Sequence record: SRR9188677_160
Reading direction: 5' to 3' (one strand)
DNA length: 44,835 bases
Shown here: positions 9,665 through 18,919 of the stretch, in pieces
How the letters are laid out: each line of letters starts with the position of its first letter
Position numbering within the stretch: the stretch's first letter is position 1
The notes under the pieces: model-generated
What the model was told of the DNA's origin: nothing
What the model saw: only the letters and a program-made list of their open reading frames with translations
The model's database searches: none
Program-made: the position numbers and the translations under genes

Positions 9665-10924
9665 TCATACCAGGTAGCCGAACAAATTATCGTTCTGCTT
9701 CAGTTCTGTGTAATTAATATGAAAACGGTCCATGTTCTGCAGCAATACTTCATAATCCGTTTTCGTTCTCAATTCTATCCCTACTAATGCCGGTCCGGTT
9801 TCTTTGTTATGCTTTTGCATATATTCAAAGCGTGTAATATCATCATCCGGACCTAATACATGGTTCACAAATTCTTTCAATGCCCCCGGACGTTGCGCAA
9901 AACGGATCAGAAAATAATGCTTTAACCCTTCATACTGTAAAGATCTTTCCTTGATCTCCTGCATCCTGTCTATATCGTTATTACTACCACTTACCACACA
10001 AACCACTGTTTTCCCCTTAATCACCTCTGCATAATCACCCAATGCCGCTATCGATAAAGCCCCGGCGGGTTCTACCACAATAGCATCCTCATTGTATAAC
10101 TGCAGAATGGTAGAACACACTTTTCCTTCGGGTACCAGGTGCATATCATCCAGCACATCTTTACAGATACTGAAAGTGATATCACCTACTCTTTTTACTG
10201 CGGCCCCGTCTACGAAACGCTCAATATTATCCAGCGTAACCGGATGACCTGCCCTTAAAGCTTCATACATAGAAGGTGCCCCTTCGGGTTCCAGGCCAAT
10301 AATCCTTGTTTTAGGAGAAAAGGTTTTGAAATAAGCACCCACACCTGCACTCAACCCGCCACCACCCACCGGTACAAACAGAAAATCAATATCAGACTTG
10401 TCTTCCATGATTTCTATGCCTACCGTTGCCTGTCCTTCAATAATCCTGATATCATCAAATGGCGGGATAAAAGTCATGCCGTTCGCTACCGTGTATTCTT
10501 TGGCAGCAGCGGCACAATCATCAAACGTATCGCCTGTCAGTCTCACTTCTATAAATCCTTCCCCGAACATTTTGGTTTGGTGTACTTTCTGGTTAGGAGT
10601 AATAATGGGCATAAACACCACCCCTTTCACGTTCAGTTTTCTACAGCTGTAGGCAAAACCCTGGGCATGGTTACCCGCACTGGCGCATACTACACCCTTC
10701 TGCAATTGTTCCTGCGGCAAACTGCTCATCATATTATACGCACCACGCAGTTTGTAAGAACGAACTACCTGCAGGTCTTCTCTTTTCAGAAAAACATCAC
10801 ACTGGTACTTACGCGATAAATTGTGGTTATACGTAAGCGGTGTCCGGTTCACAATTTTCTGCAAACGTTTTTTCGCTCCCTCAAAATCGAGTGTAGGTGT
10901 GTCGGTACTTGATCGGGTATCCAT
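9665..10924 (-). CDS. ilvA: Threonine ammonia-lyase (biosynthetic, single C-terminal regulatory domain)
   Basis: LKREDLQVVRSYKLRGA, ASAGNHAQG, VPVGGGGL, VEPAGA, QRPGALKEF. Confidence 0.97.
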   Translation of the reverse strand: MDTRSSTDTPTLDFEGAKKRLQKIVNRTPLTYNHNLSRKYQCDVFLKREDLQVVRSYKLRGAYNMMSSLPQEQLQKGVVCASAGNHAQGFAYSCRKLNVKGVVFMPIITPNQKVHQTKMFGEGFIEVRLTGDTFDDCAAAAKEYTVANGMTFIPPFDDIRIIEGQATVGIEIMEDKSDIDFLFVPVGGGGLSAGVGAYFKTFSPKTRIIGLEPEGAPSMYEALRAGHPVTLDNIERFVDGAAVKRVGDITFSICKDVLDDMHLVPEGKVCSTILQLYNEDAIVVEPAGALSIAALGDYAEVIKGKTVVCVVSGSNNDIDRMQEIKERSLQYEGLKHYFLIRFAQRPGALKEFVNHVLGPDDDITRFEYMQKHNKETGPALVGIELRTKTDYEVLLQNMDRFHINYTELKQNDNLFGYLV

Positions 10925-10951
10925 AACTACTTTTTAAACCCCTTCCAACCT

Positions 10952-10989
10952 CCCCTTCTCTGCCTGCAGAGAAGGGGCCGGGGGATGAG
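10952..10989. repeat. REP-like hairpin with GGGGGATGAG tail
   Basis: 12-bp inverted repeat CCCCTTCTCTGC-CT-GCAGAGAAGGGG between ilvC and ilvA. Confidence 0.6.
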
Positions 10990-10995
10990 TCAGTA

Positions 10996-12051
10996 TTATT
11001 TGGCTGGTTGGTTCTCCGGACGTAAACTTCTCACCGTTCTTCCCGCCTGCCATATTTCACTATCGTGCAATTCTTTCAGTTCGGCATCCAGTTTTTCGCG
11101 GTAATCTGCTTTACTGTTGCTTTCAATCGACTTAGCCGCTTCTTTACCGGTAGCTACGCTTTCATATAATTCGGTAAATACAGGTAAGGTAGCATCGCGG
11201 AATTTTTTCCACCAATCCAATGCACCACGTTGTGCGGTGGTAGAACAGTTGGCATACATCCAGTCCATCCCGTTTTCAGCCACCAACGGCATCAGCGACT
11301 GGGTTAACTCTTCTACGGTTTCATTAAATGCTTCTGAAGGTGTATGTCCTTTAGAACGTAACACCTGGTATTGCGCCGCAAAAATTCCCTGAATCGCGCC
11401 CATCAGTGTACCACGCTCGCCGGTAAGATCACTGAATACTTCTTTTTTGAAATTGGTTTCGAACAAATAACCGGATCCGATAGCGATCCCCAATGCCACT
11501 ACCCTGTCAAAAGCACGGCCGGTAGCATCCTGGAAAATAGCATAACTACTGTTCAGACCACGGCCCTGCAGAAACATTCTGCGAAGCGATGTACCGGAAC
11601 CTTTTGGTGCCACTAAAAATACATCCACATCTGCCGGAGGAATGATGCCGGTCTGGTCGTTATAGGTAACGCCAAAGCCATGAGAAAAATACAGTGCCTT
11701 ACCTGGTGTTAAATGTTTTTTTACAGTGGGCCACATAGCAATCTGTGCGGCATCGCTCAATAAATAACAGATGATGGTTCCTTTTTCAAGGGCCTCTTCA
11801 ATTTCGAATAAGGTTTGTCCGGGTACAAATCCGTCTTTCACTGCTTTGTCCCAGCTTTTTGAATTCTTACGCTGACCCACAATCACATTGATCCCGTTTT
11901 CTTTCTGGTTCAATGCCTGTCCGGGCCCCTGCACACCATAACCGATCACGGCTACTACTTCATCCTTTAATACTTCCTGCGCTTTTGCCAAAGGAAACTC
12001 ATCACGTGTCACTACATTTTCTTCTACCCCACCAAAATTTAATTTTGCCAT
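10996..12051 (-). CDS. ilvC: Ketol-acid reductoisomerase
   Basis: IGYGVQG, FSHGF, VAPKGSG, SDLTGERGTLMG, CSTTAQRG. Confidence 0.97.
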   Translation of the reverse strand: MAKLNFGGVEENVVTRDEFPLAKAQEVLKDEVVAVIGYGVQGPGQALNQKENGINVIVGQRKNSKSWDKAVKDGFVPGQTLFEIEEALEKGTIICYLLSDAAQIAMWPTVKKHLTPGKALYFSHGFGVTYNDQTGIIPPADVDVFLVAPKGSGTSLRRMFLQGRGLNSSYAIFQDATGRAFDRVVALGIAIGSGYLFETNFKKEVFSDLTGERGTLMGAIQGIFAAQYQVLRSKGHTPSEAFNETVEELTQSLMPLVAENGMDWMYANCSTTAQRGALDWWKKFRDATLPVFTELYESVATGKEAAKSIESNSKADYREKLDAELKELHDSEIWQAGRTVRSLRPENQPAK

Positions 12052-12180
12052 TTTGTAAAGTTTAACGGTTAATTGGTTTTGTTTTTATTGATTTGGTTGC
12101 TTTTACAGTTTGTTCTTTCCTCATCTTCGTTGTGTCACTCACTTGTACTTCCGGTTCGCTATTCTTCAGCGAGTGTGCTG

Positions 12181-12255
12181 TTGTGAATGCGCAATTGTCA
12201 ATGGTCAATGAACTAAGTGTGATTCCATATTCACCATTGCCCATTCACCATTCAC
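12181..12255. repeat. Inverted pair of 7-mer tandem arrays
   Basis: TTGTGAA TGCGCAA TTGTCAA TGGTCAA ... ATTCACC ATTGCCC ATTCACC ATTCAC; includes the ilvN stop codon. Confidence 0.7.
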
Positions 12256-12842
12256 ATGGTGAACACTTCATCCTGCTTATCCAGAAACTCATTTTCGATC
12301 ACTTCCTCCCCCGGCTCGGCCTGTTCAAATTCTTTCAGTTTCTCGTGAAAACCCTTGCTCTCTTTGATAATGGCCACCCGGGCACTACGTACAAATTCGA
12401 TGAGTCCATAGGGCGCCAGTACTTCTACCAGTTTATCCGTTTCCTCGCGGTGACCACTGGTTTCAAAAATGGTATAGTCTTTCCTGATCACAACGGCTCT
12501 GGCACCATGCTCGCGAAGCAGTCTTTCTACTTTTACTTTTTCGGCTATCTCATCCGTAGGTACTTTATACAAAGCCAGTTCCTGCCAAACAATTTCATCA
12601 TTGTTATTATAGTAAGCTTTCAACACTTCTACCTGCTTCTCTATCTGGCGGGCCAGTTTGCGTACCACATCTTCGGTTTCGTTGATCACGATCGTAAAAC
12701 GGTGAATGCCTTCTGCTTCTGATGGAGAAGTGTTCAGACTTTCAATATTGATCTTCCTGCGCGAAAACATAGTGGCAATACGAACCAGTAAGCCAATATG
12801 GTTCTCGGTATATACGGTGATGGTAAATTCCTGTTTTGTCAT
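12252..12842 (-). CDS. ilvN: Acetolactate synthase small (regulatory) subunit
   Basis: ACT domain ENHIGLLVRIATMFSRRKINIESL; ELALYKV; IEFVRSARVA; follows ilvB. Confidence 0.93.
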   Translation of the reverse strand: MTKQEFTITVYTENHIGLLVRIATMFSRRKINIESLNTSPSEAEGIHRFTIVINETEDVVRKLARQIEKQVEVLKAYYNNNDEIVWQELALYKVPTDEIAEKVKVERLLREHGARAVVIRKDYTIFETSGHREETDKLVEVLAPYGLIEFVRSARVAIIKESKGFHEKLKEFEQAEPGEEVIENEFLDKQDEVFTM

Positions 12843-12846
12843 GTTT

Positions 12847-12872
12847 ACCCCCTAAGCCCCCTCAACGGGGAA
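12847..12872. repeat. Short REP-like element
   Basis: ACCCCCTAAGCCCCCTCAACGGGGAA between ilvB and ilvN. Confidence 0.4.
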
Positions 12873-12898
12873 TTGGTTATACAATTCGATTAATAGTA

Positions 12899-14656
12899 TT
12901 ATTTCAACCTCACTTCACTTACACTGCAACCCTGTGGCACCATCGGAAACACATTGTTCTCCTTACCTACCATCACTTCCAGCAAATAAGAGCCTTCGTG
13001 TTCAAGCATGGTTTGCAAAGCAGCTTTCAGGTTGGTGCGATCGGTTACTTTATTTCCTTCTATGCCATAGCCTTTGGCTACCATCACAAAATCCGGACTG
13101 GCTATATCCACGAATGAATAACGTCTGTCGTTAAACAGCTGCTGCCATTGGCGCACCATTCCCAAAAACTCATTGTTCAGGATCAGTATTTTTACAGCTA
13201 CCCCTGTTTGCATAATGGTTCCCAGTTCCTGTATGGTCATTTGTATACCACCATCGCCAATGATTGCAACCACGGTTCTTTCCGGCGCGCCGAATTTGGC
13301 ACCAATGGCTGCGGGCAATCCAAAACCCATCGTACCCAAACCACCGGATGTGATATTACTGTTACTCTGGTTAAATTTGGCATAACGGCAGGCCACCATC
13401 TGGTGCTGGCCCACATCGGTTACAATAATGGCGTTACCGCCGGTGAGTTCATTCAGGTTACGCATCACTTCACCCATCGTCATTTTTTCAGTAGTAGGAT
13501 GTAATTCTTCAAAAATCACTTCCTTATTCTCTTCCGCATCACAGGCGCGGAATTTCTCTACCCACTTGGGATACACTTTGGCTTCAACCAGTTTGGTTAA
13601 CATAGGCAGGGTCTCTTTACAATCGCCCCATACACCTACGGCTGCTTTTACATTTTTATCAATTTCTGATGGATCTATATCCAGGTGTATCACTTTGGCC
13701 TGCTTGGCATATTTGTCCAATCGTCCTGTAACACGGTCGTCAAAACGCATACCTACGGCAATCAATACATCACATTCATTCGTCATCACATTCGGACCAT
13801 AGTTTCCATGCATACCCAGCATGCCCACATTCAAGGGATGATCTGTTGGTAAAGCACTTAATCCCAGAATGGTCCACGCGGCCGGAATGCCGGCTTTTTC
13901 AATAAAGGCTTTGAATTCTTTTTCCGCTTTGCCCAGTATCACTCCCTGTCCAAAAATCACAAAAGGTTTTTCTGCTGCATTGATCATAGCTGCCGCTTCC
14001 TCTATGTATTCTTTCCGCACAATCGGTTTGGGTCTGTAACTGCGCACATGGTTACAAGGAGTATATCCCTCGTAACTGAATTTCTGCATCTGCGCATTCT
14101 TGGTAATATCAATCAGCACCGGACCGGGTCTTCCGCTGCGGGCTATGTAAAAAGCTTTTGCCAATACAGCAGGGATCTCGGTGGCATCTGTTACCTGGTA
14201 GTTCCATTTGGTAACAGGTGTAGTAATATTGATCACATCTGTTTCCTGAAAAGCATCTGTACCCAGCAGGTGTGCAAATACCTGACCAGTGATGGCTACT
14301 ACAGGTGTGCTGTCGATCATCGCATCTGCCAAACCGGTAACCAGGTTAGTAGCGCCCGGCCCACTGGTAGCAAAAACCACACCTACCCTGCCAGAAGAAC
14401 GGGCATATCCCTGCGCAGCATGAATGCCTCCCTGCTCGTGGCGAACAAGGATATGTTTCAGCTTGTCATTATAGTCGTACAGCGCATCATAGATGGGCAT
14501 GATGGCACCGCCCGGATAACCAAAGATGGTATCAACGCCTTCTACCAAACAGGCTTCCAATACGGCCTGCGAACCGGTAAGTTCACTGCCTTTATCAGAA
14601 CAGATCACTTTAGGTGAGGGGTTAGTTATTGTTTTTATTTCTTCAATTGTACTCAT
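12899..14656 (-). CDS. ilvB: Acetolactate synthase large subunit, biosynthetic type
   Basis: FGYPGGA, RHEQG, TSGPGATN, GMLGMHG, RFDDRVTG, DVGQHQM, TPP motif GDG...NN, GMVRQWQ. Confidence 0.97.
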   Translation of the reverse strand: MSTIEEIKTITNPSPKVICSDKGSELTGSQAVLEACLVEGVDTIFGYPGGAIMPIYDALYDYNDKLKHILVRHEQGGIHAAQGYARSSGRVGVVFATSGPGATNLVTGLADAMIDSTPVVAITGQVFAHLLGTDAFQETDVINITTPVTKWNYQVTDATEIPAVLAKAFYIARSGRPGPVLIDITKNAQMQKFSYEGYTPCNHVRSYRPKPIVRKEYIEEAAAMINAAEKPFVIFGQGVILGKAEKEFKAFIEKAGIPAAWTILGLSALPTDHPLNVGMLGMHGNYGPNVMTNECDVLIAVGMRFDDRVTGRLDKYAKQAKVIHLDIDPSEIDKNVKAAVGVWGDCKETLPMLTKLVEAKVYPKWVEKFRACDAEENKEVIFEELHPTTEKMTMGEVMRNLNELTGGNAIIVTDVGQHQMVACRYAKFNQSNSNITSGGLGTMGFGLPAAIGAKFGAPERTVVAIIGDGGIQMTIQELGTIMQTGVAVKILILNNEFLGMVRQWQQLFNDRRYSFVDIASPDFVMVAKGYGIEGNKVTDRTNLKAALQTMLEHEGSYLLEVMVGKENNVFPMVPQGCSVSEVRLK

Positions 14657-14700
14657 ACAATCTGTTTTTCTTTGTTAATTCCTCGTTGGGAAAATGAAGT

Positions 14701-16386
14701 TTATGCCTCATCAGTTACACAGCCTTCCGAAGCATCTTTCACCTGTTGGGCATATTTGAACAGGATCCCTTTGGTTGCTTTCAGGGCAGGCTGTTTCCAG
14801 CTGACTCGGCGCTTCGCGATCTCTTCCTCACTTACTTTCAACGTCATTTTTTTAGTGGCCACATTCAGTTCAATGAGATCATTGTCCTGCACCAGTCCGA
14901 TCAGTCCACCTTTAAACGCTTCGGGTGTTACATGCCCTACCACAAAACCATGCGTGCCACCACTGAATCTTCCATCAGTGATCAGGGCTACGCTTTTACC
15001 CAATCCTGCGCCAATGATTGCCGAAGTAGGTTTCAGCATTTCCGGCATACCGGGGGCTCCTTTCGGACCCACATATCTGATTACCACCACATCGCCATGT
15101 TGAATACGGCCGCTGTTGATGCCGTTAATCAGTTCATGTTCTCCATCAAACACACGCGCCGGACCTTCAAACAACTCCCCTTCTTTTCCGCTGATCTTGG
15201 CTACGCTGCCCCCTTCGGCCAGATTACCGTATAAGATCTGCAGATGACCCGTTGCTTTTACCGGATGTTCGATCGGCAGAATAATTTTCTGTTGGTCAAA
15301 ATCGAGGTCTGGAACCTGGGCCACATTCTCTGCCACTGTTTTACCGGTTACGGTCAAACAATCGCCATGCAGTAATCCTTTCTGCAATAAATATTTCATG
15401 ACCGCCGGTACCCCGCCATACTGGTGCAGATCCTGCATCAGGTATTTACCACTGGGTTTAAAATCTGCCAGCACCGGTACCCTGTCGCTGATAGTTTGAA
15501 AATCATCCTGGTTTAGTGCTACATCCACACTTTTTGCCATGGCCAGCAAATGCAATACAGCATTGGTACTACCTCCCATCACCATTACCATCGTAATCGC
15601 ATTTTCAAATGCTTTCCGCGTCATGATATCTTTGGGCTTGATATCTTTTTCCAGCAATAACTTAATGGCTTTACCTGCGTCTAAACATTCTTTCTGTTTC
15701 TCATCACTCAATGCAGGGTTGGAAGAGGAATAAGGTAAACTCATCCCCAATGCTTCAATGGCCGAAGCCATGGTATTGGCCGTGTACATACCACCACAGG
15801 CACCTGCACCCGGACAAGCATGTTTAACGATACCTTTAAAATCAGCTTCATCCAGGTTACCGGCCAGTTTTTGTCCGAGCGCTTCAAAAGCAGAAACAAT
15901 ATTCAGGTCCTGCCCCTTGTAATGCCCCGGCGCAATGGTTCCGCCATACACCATGATAGCCGGACGGTTTAATCGGCCCATGGCCATAATAGAGCCCGGC
16001 ATATTTTTATCACAGCCCGGCAAGGCAATCACTCCATCATAATATTGTGCACCACAAACCGCTTCAATCGAATCGGCAATGATATCGCGACTCACCAGCG
16101 AGTAACGCATACCATCGGTTCCATTACTCATGCCATCACTCACACCAATGGTATTAAAGATCAATCCCACCAGGTCATTTTCCCATACACCCTTTTTTAC
16201 CAACTGTGCCAGATCGTTCAGGTGCATGTTACAGGTGTTGCCATCGTAACCCATACTCACTACGCCCACCTGTGCTTTTTGCAGGTCCTCATCTGTAAGG
16301 CCAATGCCATACAACATGGCCTGTGCAGCTGGCTGCGTTACGTCCTGCGTTAATGTCTTACTGTACTTATTGATTTCGTTTGCCAT
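14701..16386 (-). CDS. ilvD: Dihydroxy-acid dehydratase
   Basis: [51 protein letters not shown]. Confidence 0.98.
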   Translation of the reverse strand: MANEINKYSKTLTQDVTQPAAQAMLYGIGLTDEDLQKAQVGVVSMGYDGNTCNMHLNDLAQLVKKGVWENDLVGLIFNTIGVSDGMSNGTDGMRYSLVSRDIIADSIEAVCGAQYYDGVIALPGCDKNMPGSIMAMGRLNRPAIMVYGGTIAPGHYKGQDLNIVSAFEALGQKLAGNLDEADFKGIVKHACPGAGACGGMYTANTMASAIEALGMSLPYSSSNPALSDEKQKECLDAGKAIKLLLEKDIKPKDIMTRKAFENAITMVMVMGGSTNAVLHLLAMAKSVDVALNQDDFQTISDRVPVLADFKPSGKYLMQDLHQYGGVPAVMKYLLQKGLLHGDCLTVTGKTVAENVAQVPDLDFDQQKIILPIEHPVKATGHLQILYGNLAEGGSVAKISGKEGELFEGPARVFDGEHELINGINSGRIQHGDVVVIRYVGPKGAPGMPEMLKPTSAIIGAGLGKSVALITDGRFSGGTHGFVVGHVTPEAFKGGLIGLVQDNDLIELNVATKKMTLKVSEEEIAKRRVSWKQPALKATKGILFKYAQQVKDASEGCVTDEA

Positions 16387-16468
16387 GGTTTCAGCGGTGT
16401 GCTTGTTTTGTTTCCTTTCCGATGAAAGGTTTTATTTTCTTGTATTTTGCTTCTAACGAAACAGAGTT

Positions 16469-16560
16469 TGTGACTGGTGAGTGGTCAGTAGTGAGTAGGT
16501 AGTTTGGATAACTGGTCACTCCTCCCTACTCACTACTGACTACTGACCACTCACTACTCC
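16469..16560. repeat. Inverted pair of 7-mer tandem arrays
   Basis: GTGACTG GTGAGTG GTCAGTA GTGAGTA ... CTCACTA CTGACTA CTGACCA CTCACTA; includes the ilvE stop; 16477-16506 matches 44710-44739 at 28/30. Confidence 0.75.
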
Positions 16561-17465
16561 ACTCCCAACACTTCATTTACCAGTACGCCTTTCTTTTCTA
16601 CAATCAGTTCTTTATATGCATCCTGGATCTGTTTGCTCACGGTATTTTCCCAGGCCATGGTAAAGGGCTGGTCGTCCAGTGAATGCATGCCGATCACTTC
16701 GGCTGCGGTACCGCAGAAAAATGCGGCATCTGCGCCATACATGTCTTCTTTGGTGAAGAGTTTTTCTTCTACCGGTATATGCAGTTCATCACAGATCTCC
16801 AGCACCGTTGCCCTGGTAATACCGGGTAGGATATTACCCAGTGCCGTGGTATATAAACGACCTTCTTTTTCAAAAAAAACATTCGCACCCGGACCTTCTG
16901 CTACATTCCCGTTCATATCACTCAGCAGGGCTTCATCAAAACCATTTGCCTTGGCTTCCTGGCTGGCAAGAATAGAATTCACATAATGCCCCGCCGCTTT
17001 GGCATGAATTTTAAACCCTTTGGGGTTAGGGCGCTGAAAAGAGGAACTCATGACACGTAACAATTTATCTCCCAGAAACGGAGCCATCTCCCATACTTCG
17101 ATTACGATGAACGATTCGGTATTCAGGTTAAAACTCATATTGGCCGGCGCATATACCACGGGACGGATATAGGCATCCTGCAGGTTATTTTTGGCCAGTA
17201 ATTCGTAGGTAGCCGCAATCAGCTCACTGGCCGACCAGTGATAAGGCAGATTCAATGCTGCTGCCGAATTCTTCAGACGCTCATAATGTGCTTCTGCTTT
17301 AAAAATTTTGGTTTCACCGCTTACGGTACGATAAGAACGGATCCCTTCAAAAACAGAATAGCCGTAGTGAAACGACTGGCTGTAAAAATCCATTTTCGCC
17401 TCCGATGCTTTTACAAAACTGCCGTTGAGGTAGAGTATCGTATTCTCGTTGTAATAATTTGCCAT
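16554..17465 (-). CDS. ilvE: Branched-chain amino acid aminotransferase
   Basis: HYGYSVFEGIR, AYIRP, AKAAGHY, EGPGAN, ILPGITR, GTAAEV. Confidence 0.96.
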   Translation of the reverse strand: MANYYNENTILYLNGSFVKASEAKMDFYSQSFHYGYSVFEGIRSYRTVSGETKIFKAEAHYERLKNSAAALNLPYHWSASELIAATYELLAKNNLQDAYIRPVVYAPANMSFNLNTESFIVIEVWEMAPFLGDKLLRVMSSSFQRPNPKGFKIHAKAAGHYVNSILASQEAKANGFDEALLSDMNGNVAEGPGANVFFEKEGRLYTTALGNILPGITRATVLEICDELHIPVEEKLFTKEDMYGADAAFFCGTAAEVIGMHSLDDQPFTMAWENTVSKQIQDAYKELIVEKKGVLVNEVLGVE

Positions 17466-17483
17466 ACACTTGTTTTAGTTGAC

Positions 17484-17516
17484 AATTTTTGGAAATTTTA
17501 AAACTTTCCAAAAATT
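17484..17516. repeat. AT-rich near-perfect palindrome in the ilvE 5' leader
   Basis: AATTTTTGGAAA-N9-TTTCCAAAAATT, perfect 12-bp arms. Confidence 0.6.
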
Positions 17517-17523
17517 ACCGGGT

Positions 17524-17560
17524 AATAAAAAAGCCCCGCCTTTTTGGAGGCGGGGCTTAT
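17524..17560 (-). terminator. Attenuator intrinsic terminator of the ilv operon
   Basis: Minus strand AAGCCCCGCCT-CCAAAA-AGGCGGGGCTT followed by TTTTATT; lies between the leader peptide and ilvE. Confidence 0.9.
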
Positions 17561-17589
17561 ATGCTTAGTATCTTTTATACTGTATAAAC

Positions 17590-17682
17590 TCATCCTCCAT
17601 GCAGTGCAGGAATAATAATGACGATCACAATCGTAATGACTGTAATAACCGTGTTCACATTATTTGTTCTGCCTCTTAACAT
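17590..17682 (-). CDS. ilv operon leader peptide (Ile/Val/Thr-rich)
   Basis: Manual translation MLRGRTNNVNTVITVITIVIVIIIPALHGG* (30 aa; 7 Ile, 5 Val, 4 Thr), followed by antiterminator/terminator. Confidence 0.9.
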   Translation of the reverse strand: MLRGRTNNVNTVITVITIVIVIIIPALHGG

Positions 17683-17698
17683 GGATGATGTATTAAGT

Positions 17699-17729
17699 CA
17701 AAAGTACTCCCACCATCGCAAAAAACAAA
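17699..17729 (-). promoter_or_regulatory. Bacteroidota housekeeping promoter for ilv leader/ilvE
   Basis: Minus strand TTTG (17729-17726), 19-nt spacer, TACTTTTG (17706-17699): matches TTTG-N19-21-TAnnTTTG. Confidence 0.75.
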
Positions 17730-17786
17730 GAACTCTTTTATTTATTTTGAAAACACCTGCTTGTTTTTCACAAACGTGTGTTAGTA

Positions 17787-18899
17787 TCAGATGATTGTCG
17801 ACTGGTTTAAACTGGCATTGCTGCGTCTGCCGCTGTCTCTATGGCGCTCGATATGATCCACGATCAGATCGCCGATGGCGGTAGTGGTATAATTATTCAC
17901 CGGGTCAATATCTTTCGAAACAAAACCATGTGATAGTGTCCAGGCCACTGCTTCGCGCACGGCATGGGCTTCTGCTTCCATACCGAAATAGTCAAGCATC
18001 ATGGCAGCCGAGAGTACAGAACCCAGCGGATTGGCAATATCTTTTCCGGCGGCCTGTGGGTAAGAACCATGGATGGGCTCAAACAAAGCCGACTGATTAC
18101 CTACCGATGCGGAAGGCAATAAACCCAGTGAACCACTCAGCACACTGGCTTCATCGCTGATGATATCACCAAACATGTTTTCAGTTAATACCACATCGAA
18201 CTGTGCCGGATTCAGGATGATCTGCATGGCAGCATTATCCACAAACATATAATCCACTGCCACATCTGCATACTGTACCGCAATCTCCTGGATCACTCTG
18301 CGCCAGAGACGGGAGGTTTCCAGTACATTGGCTTTATCTACCAGCGTTAATTTCTTTTTTCTTTTCTGTGCATACTGAAATGCCAGGTGCGCTACCCTTT
18401 CTATTTCGGGTTTGGTATATACGCAATCATCTGAAGCACGTGTCTGGTCTTCACTCAATTCTTTTTTGCCGAAATAAATACCACCGGTCAGCTCACGGAA
18501 GATCACAAAATCGATCCCCTTCAGTTGTTTCGCTTTCAGCGGAGATAAATGCTGCAGCGCATGATAGGTAGTAATGGGACGAATATTGGCAAACAACTGC
18601 AGCTCTTTGCGCAGCTTCAGCAATCCCTGCTCGGGCCTCACTTTGGCGGTAGGGTCATTGTCATATTTGGGATGACCGATGGCGCCAAATAAAATAGCAT
18701 CGCTGGCCAAACAGGTAGCAATGGTTTCATCCGGTAAAGGATTCCCTGTTTTATCAATGGCATCTGCCCCCATGATGCCATAACTATAGTCAAACTGATG
18801 TCCATAGCGATGCGCAATGGCATTCAGTACTTTGATGGATTGCTGCGTCACTTCCGGACCAATGCCATCTCCTAATATTACCGCGATCTTCTTTTCCAT
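17787..18899 (-). CDS. leuB: 3-isopropylmalate dehydrogenase
   Basis: GDGIGPEV, RPEQGLLKLRK, RELTGGIYFG, DKANVL, NMFGDIISDE, EPIHGSYP. Confidence 0.97.
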   Translation of the reverse strand: MEKKIAVILGDGIGPEVTQQSIKVLNAIAHRYGHQFDYSYGIMGADAIDKTGNPLPDETIATCLASDAILFGAIGHPKYDNDPTAKVRPEQGLLKLRKELQLFANIRPITTYHALQHLSPLKAKQLKGIDFVIFRELTGGIYFGKKELSEDQTRASDDCVYTKPEIERVAHLAFQYAQKRKKKLTLVDKANVLETSRLWRRVIQEIAVQYADVAVDYMFVDNAAMQIILNPAQFDVVLTENMFGDIISDEASVLSGSLGLLPSASVGNQSALFEPIHGSYPQAAGKDIANPLGSVLSAAMMLDYFGMEAEAHAVREAVAWTLSHGFVSKDIDPVNNYTTTAIGDLIVDHIERHRDSGRRSNASLNQSTII

Positions 18900-18919
18900 A
18901 TCAGATATATTTCTTCGTT

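Noticed and set aside
9441-9668. 75-aa minus-strand ORF between ilvA and thrA
   Set aside because: No recognisable features; it overlaps, in another frame, the Thr/Ile-rich leader that explains the region better.
12062-12244. 60-aa ORF between ilvN and ilvC
   Set aside because: Largely a translation of the 7-mer repeats and the VQVSDTT motif; no evidence that it is a gene.
14605-14630. Repeat remnant (CCCCTCACCTAA) inside the ilvB N-terminal extension
   Set aside because: Too short and lacks a partner arm; cannot be distinguished from chance.
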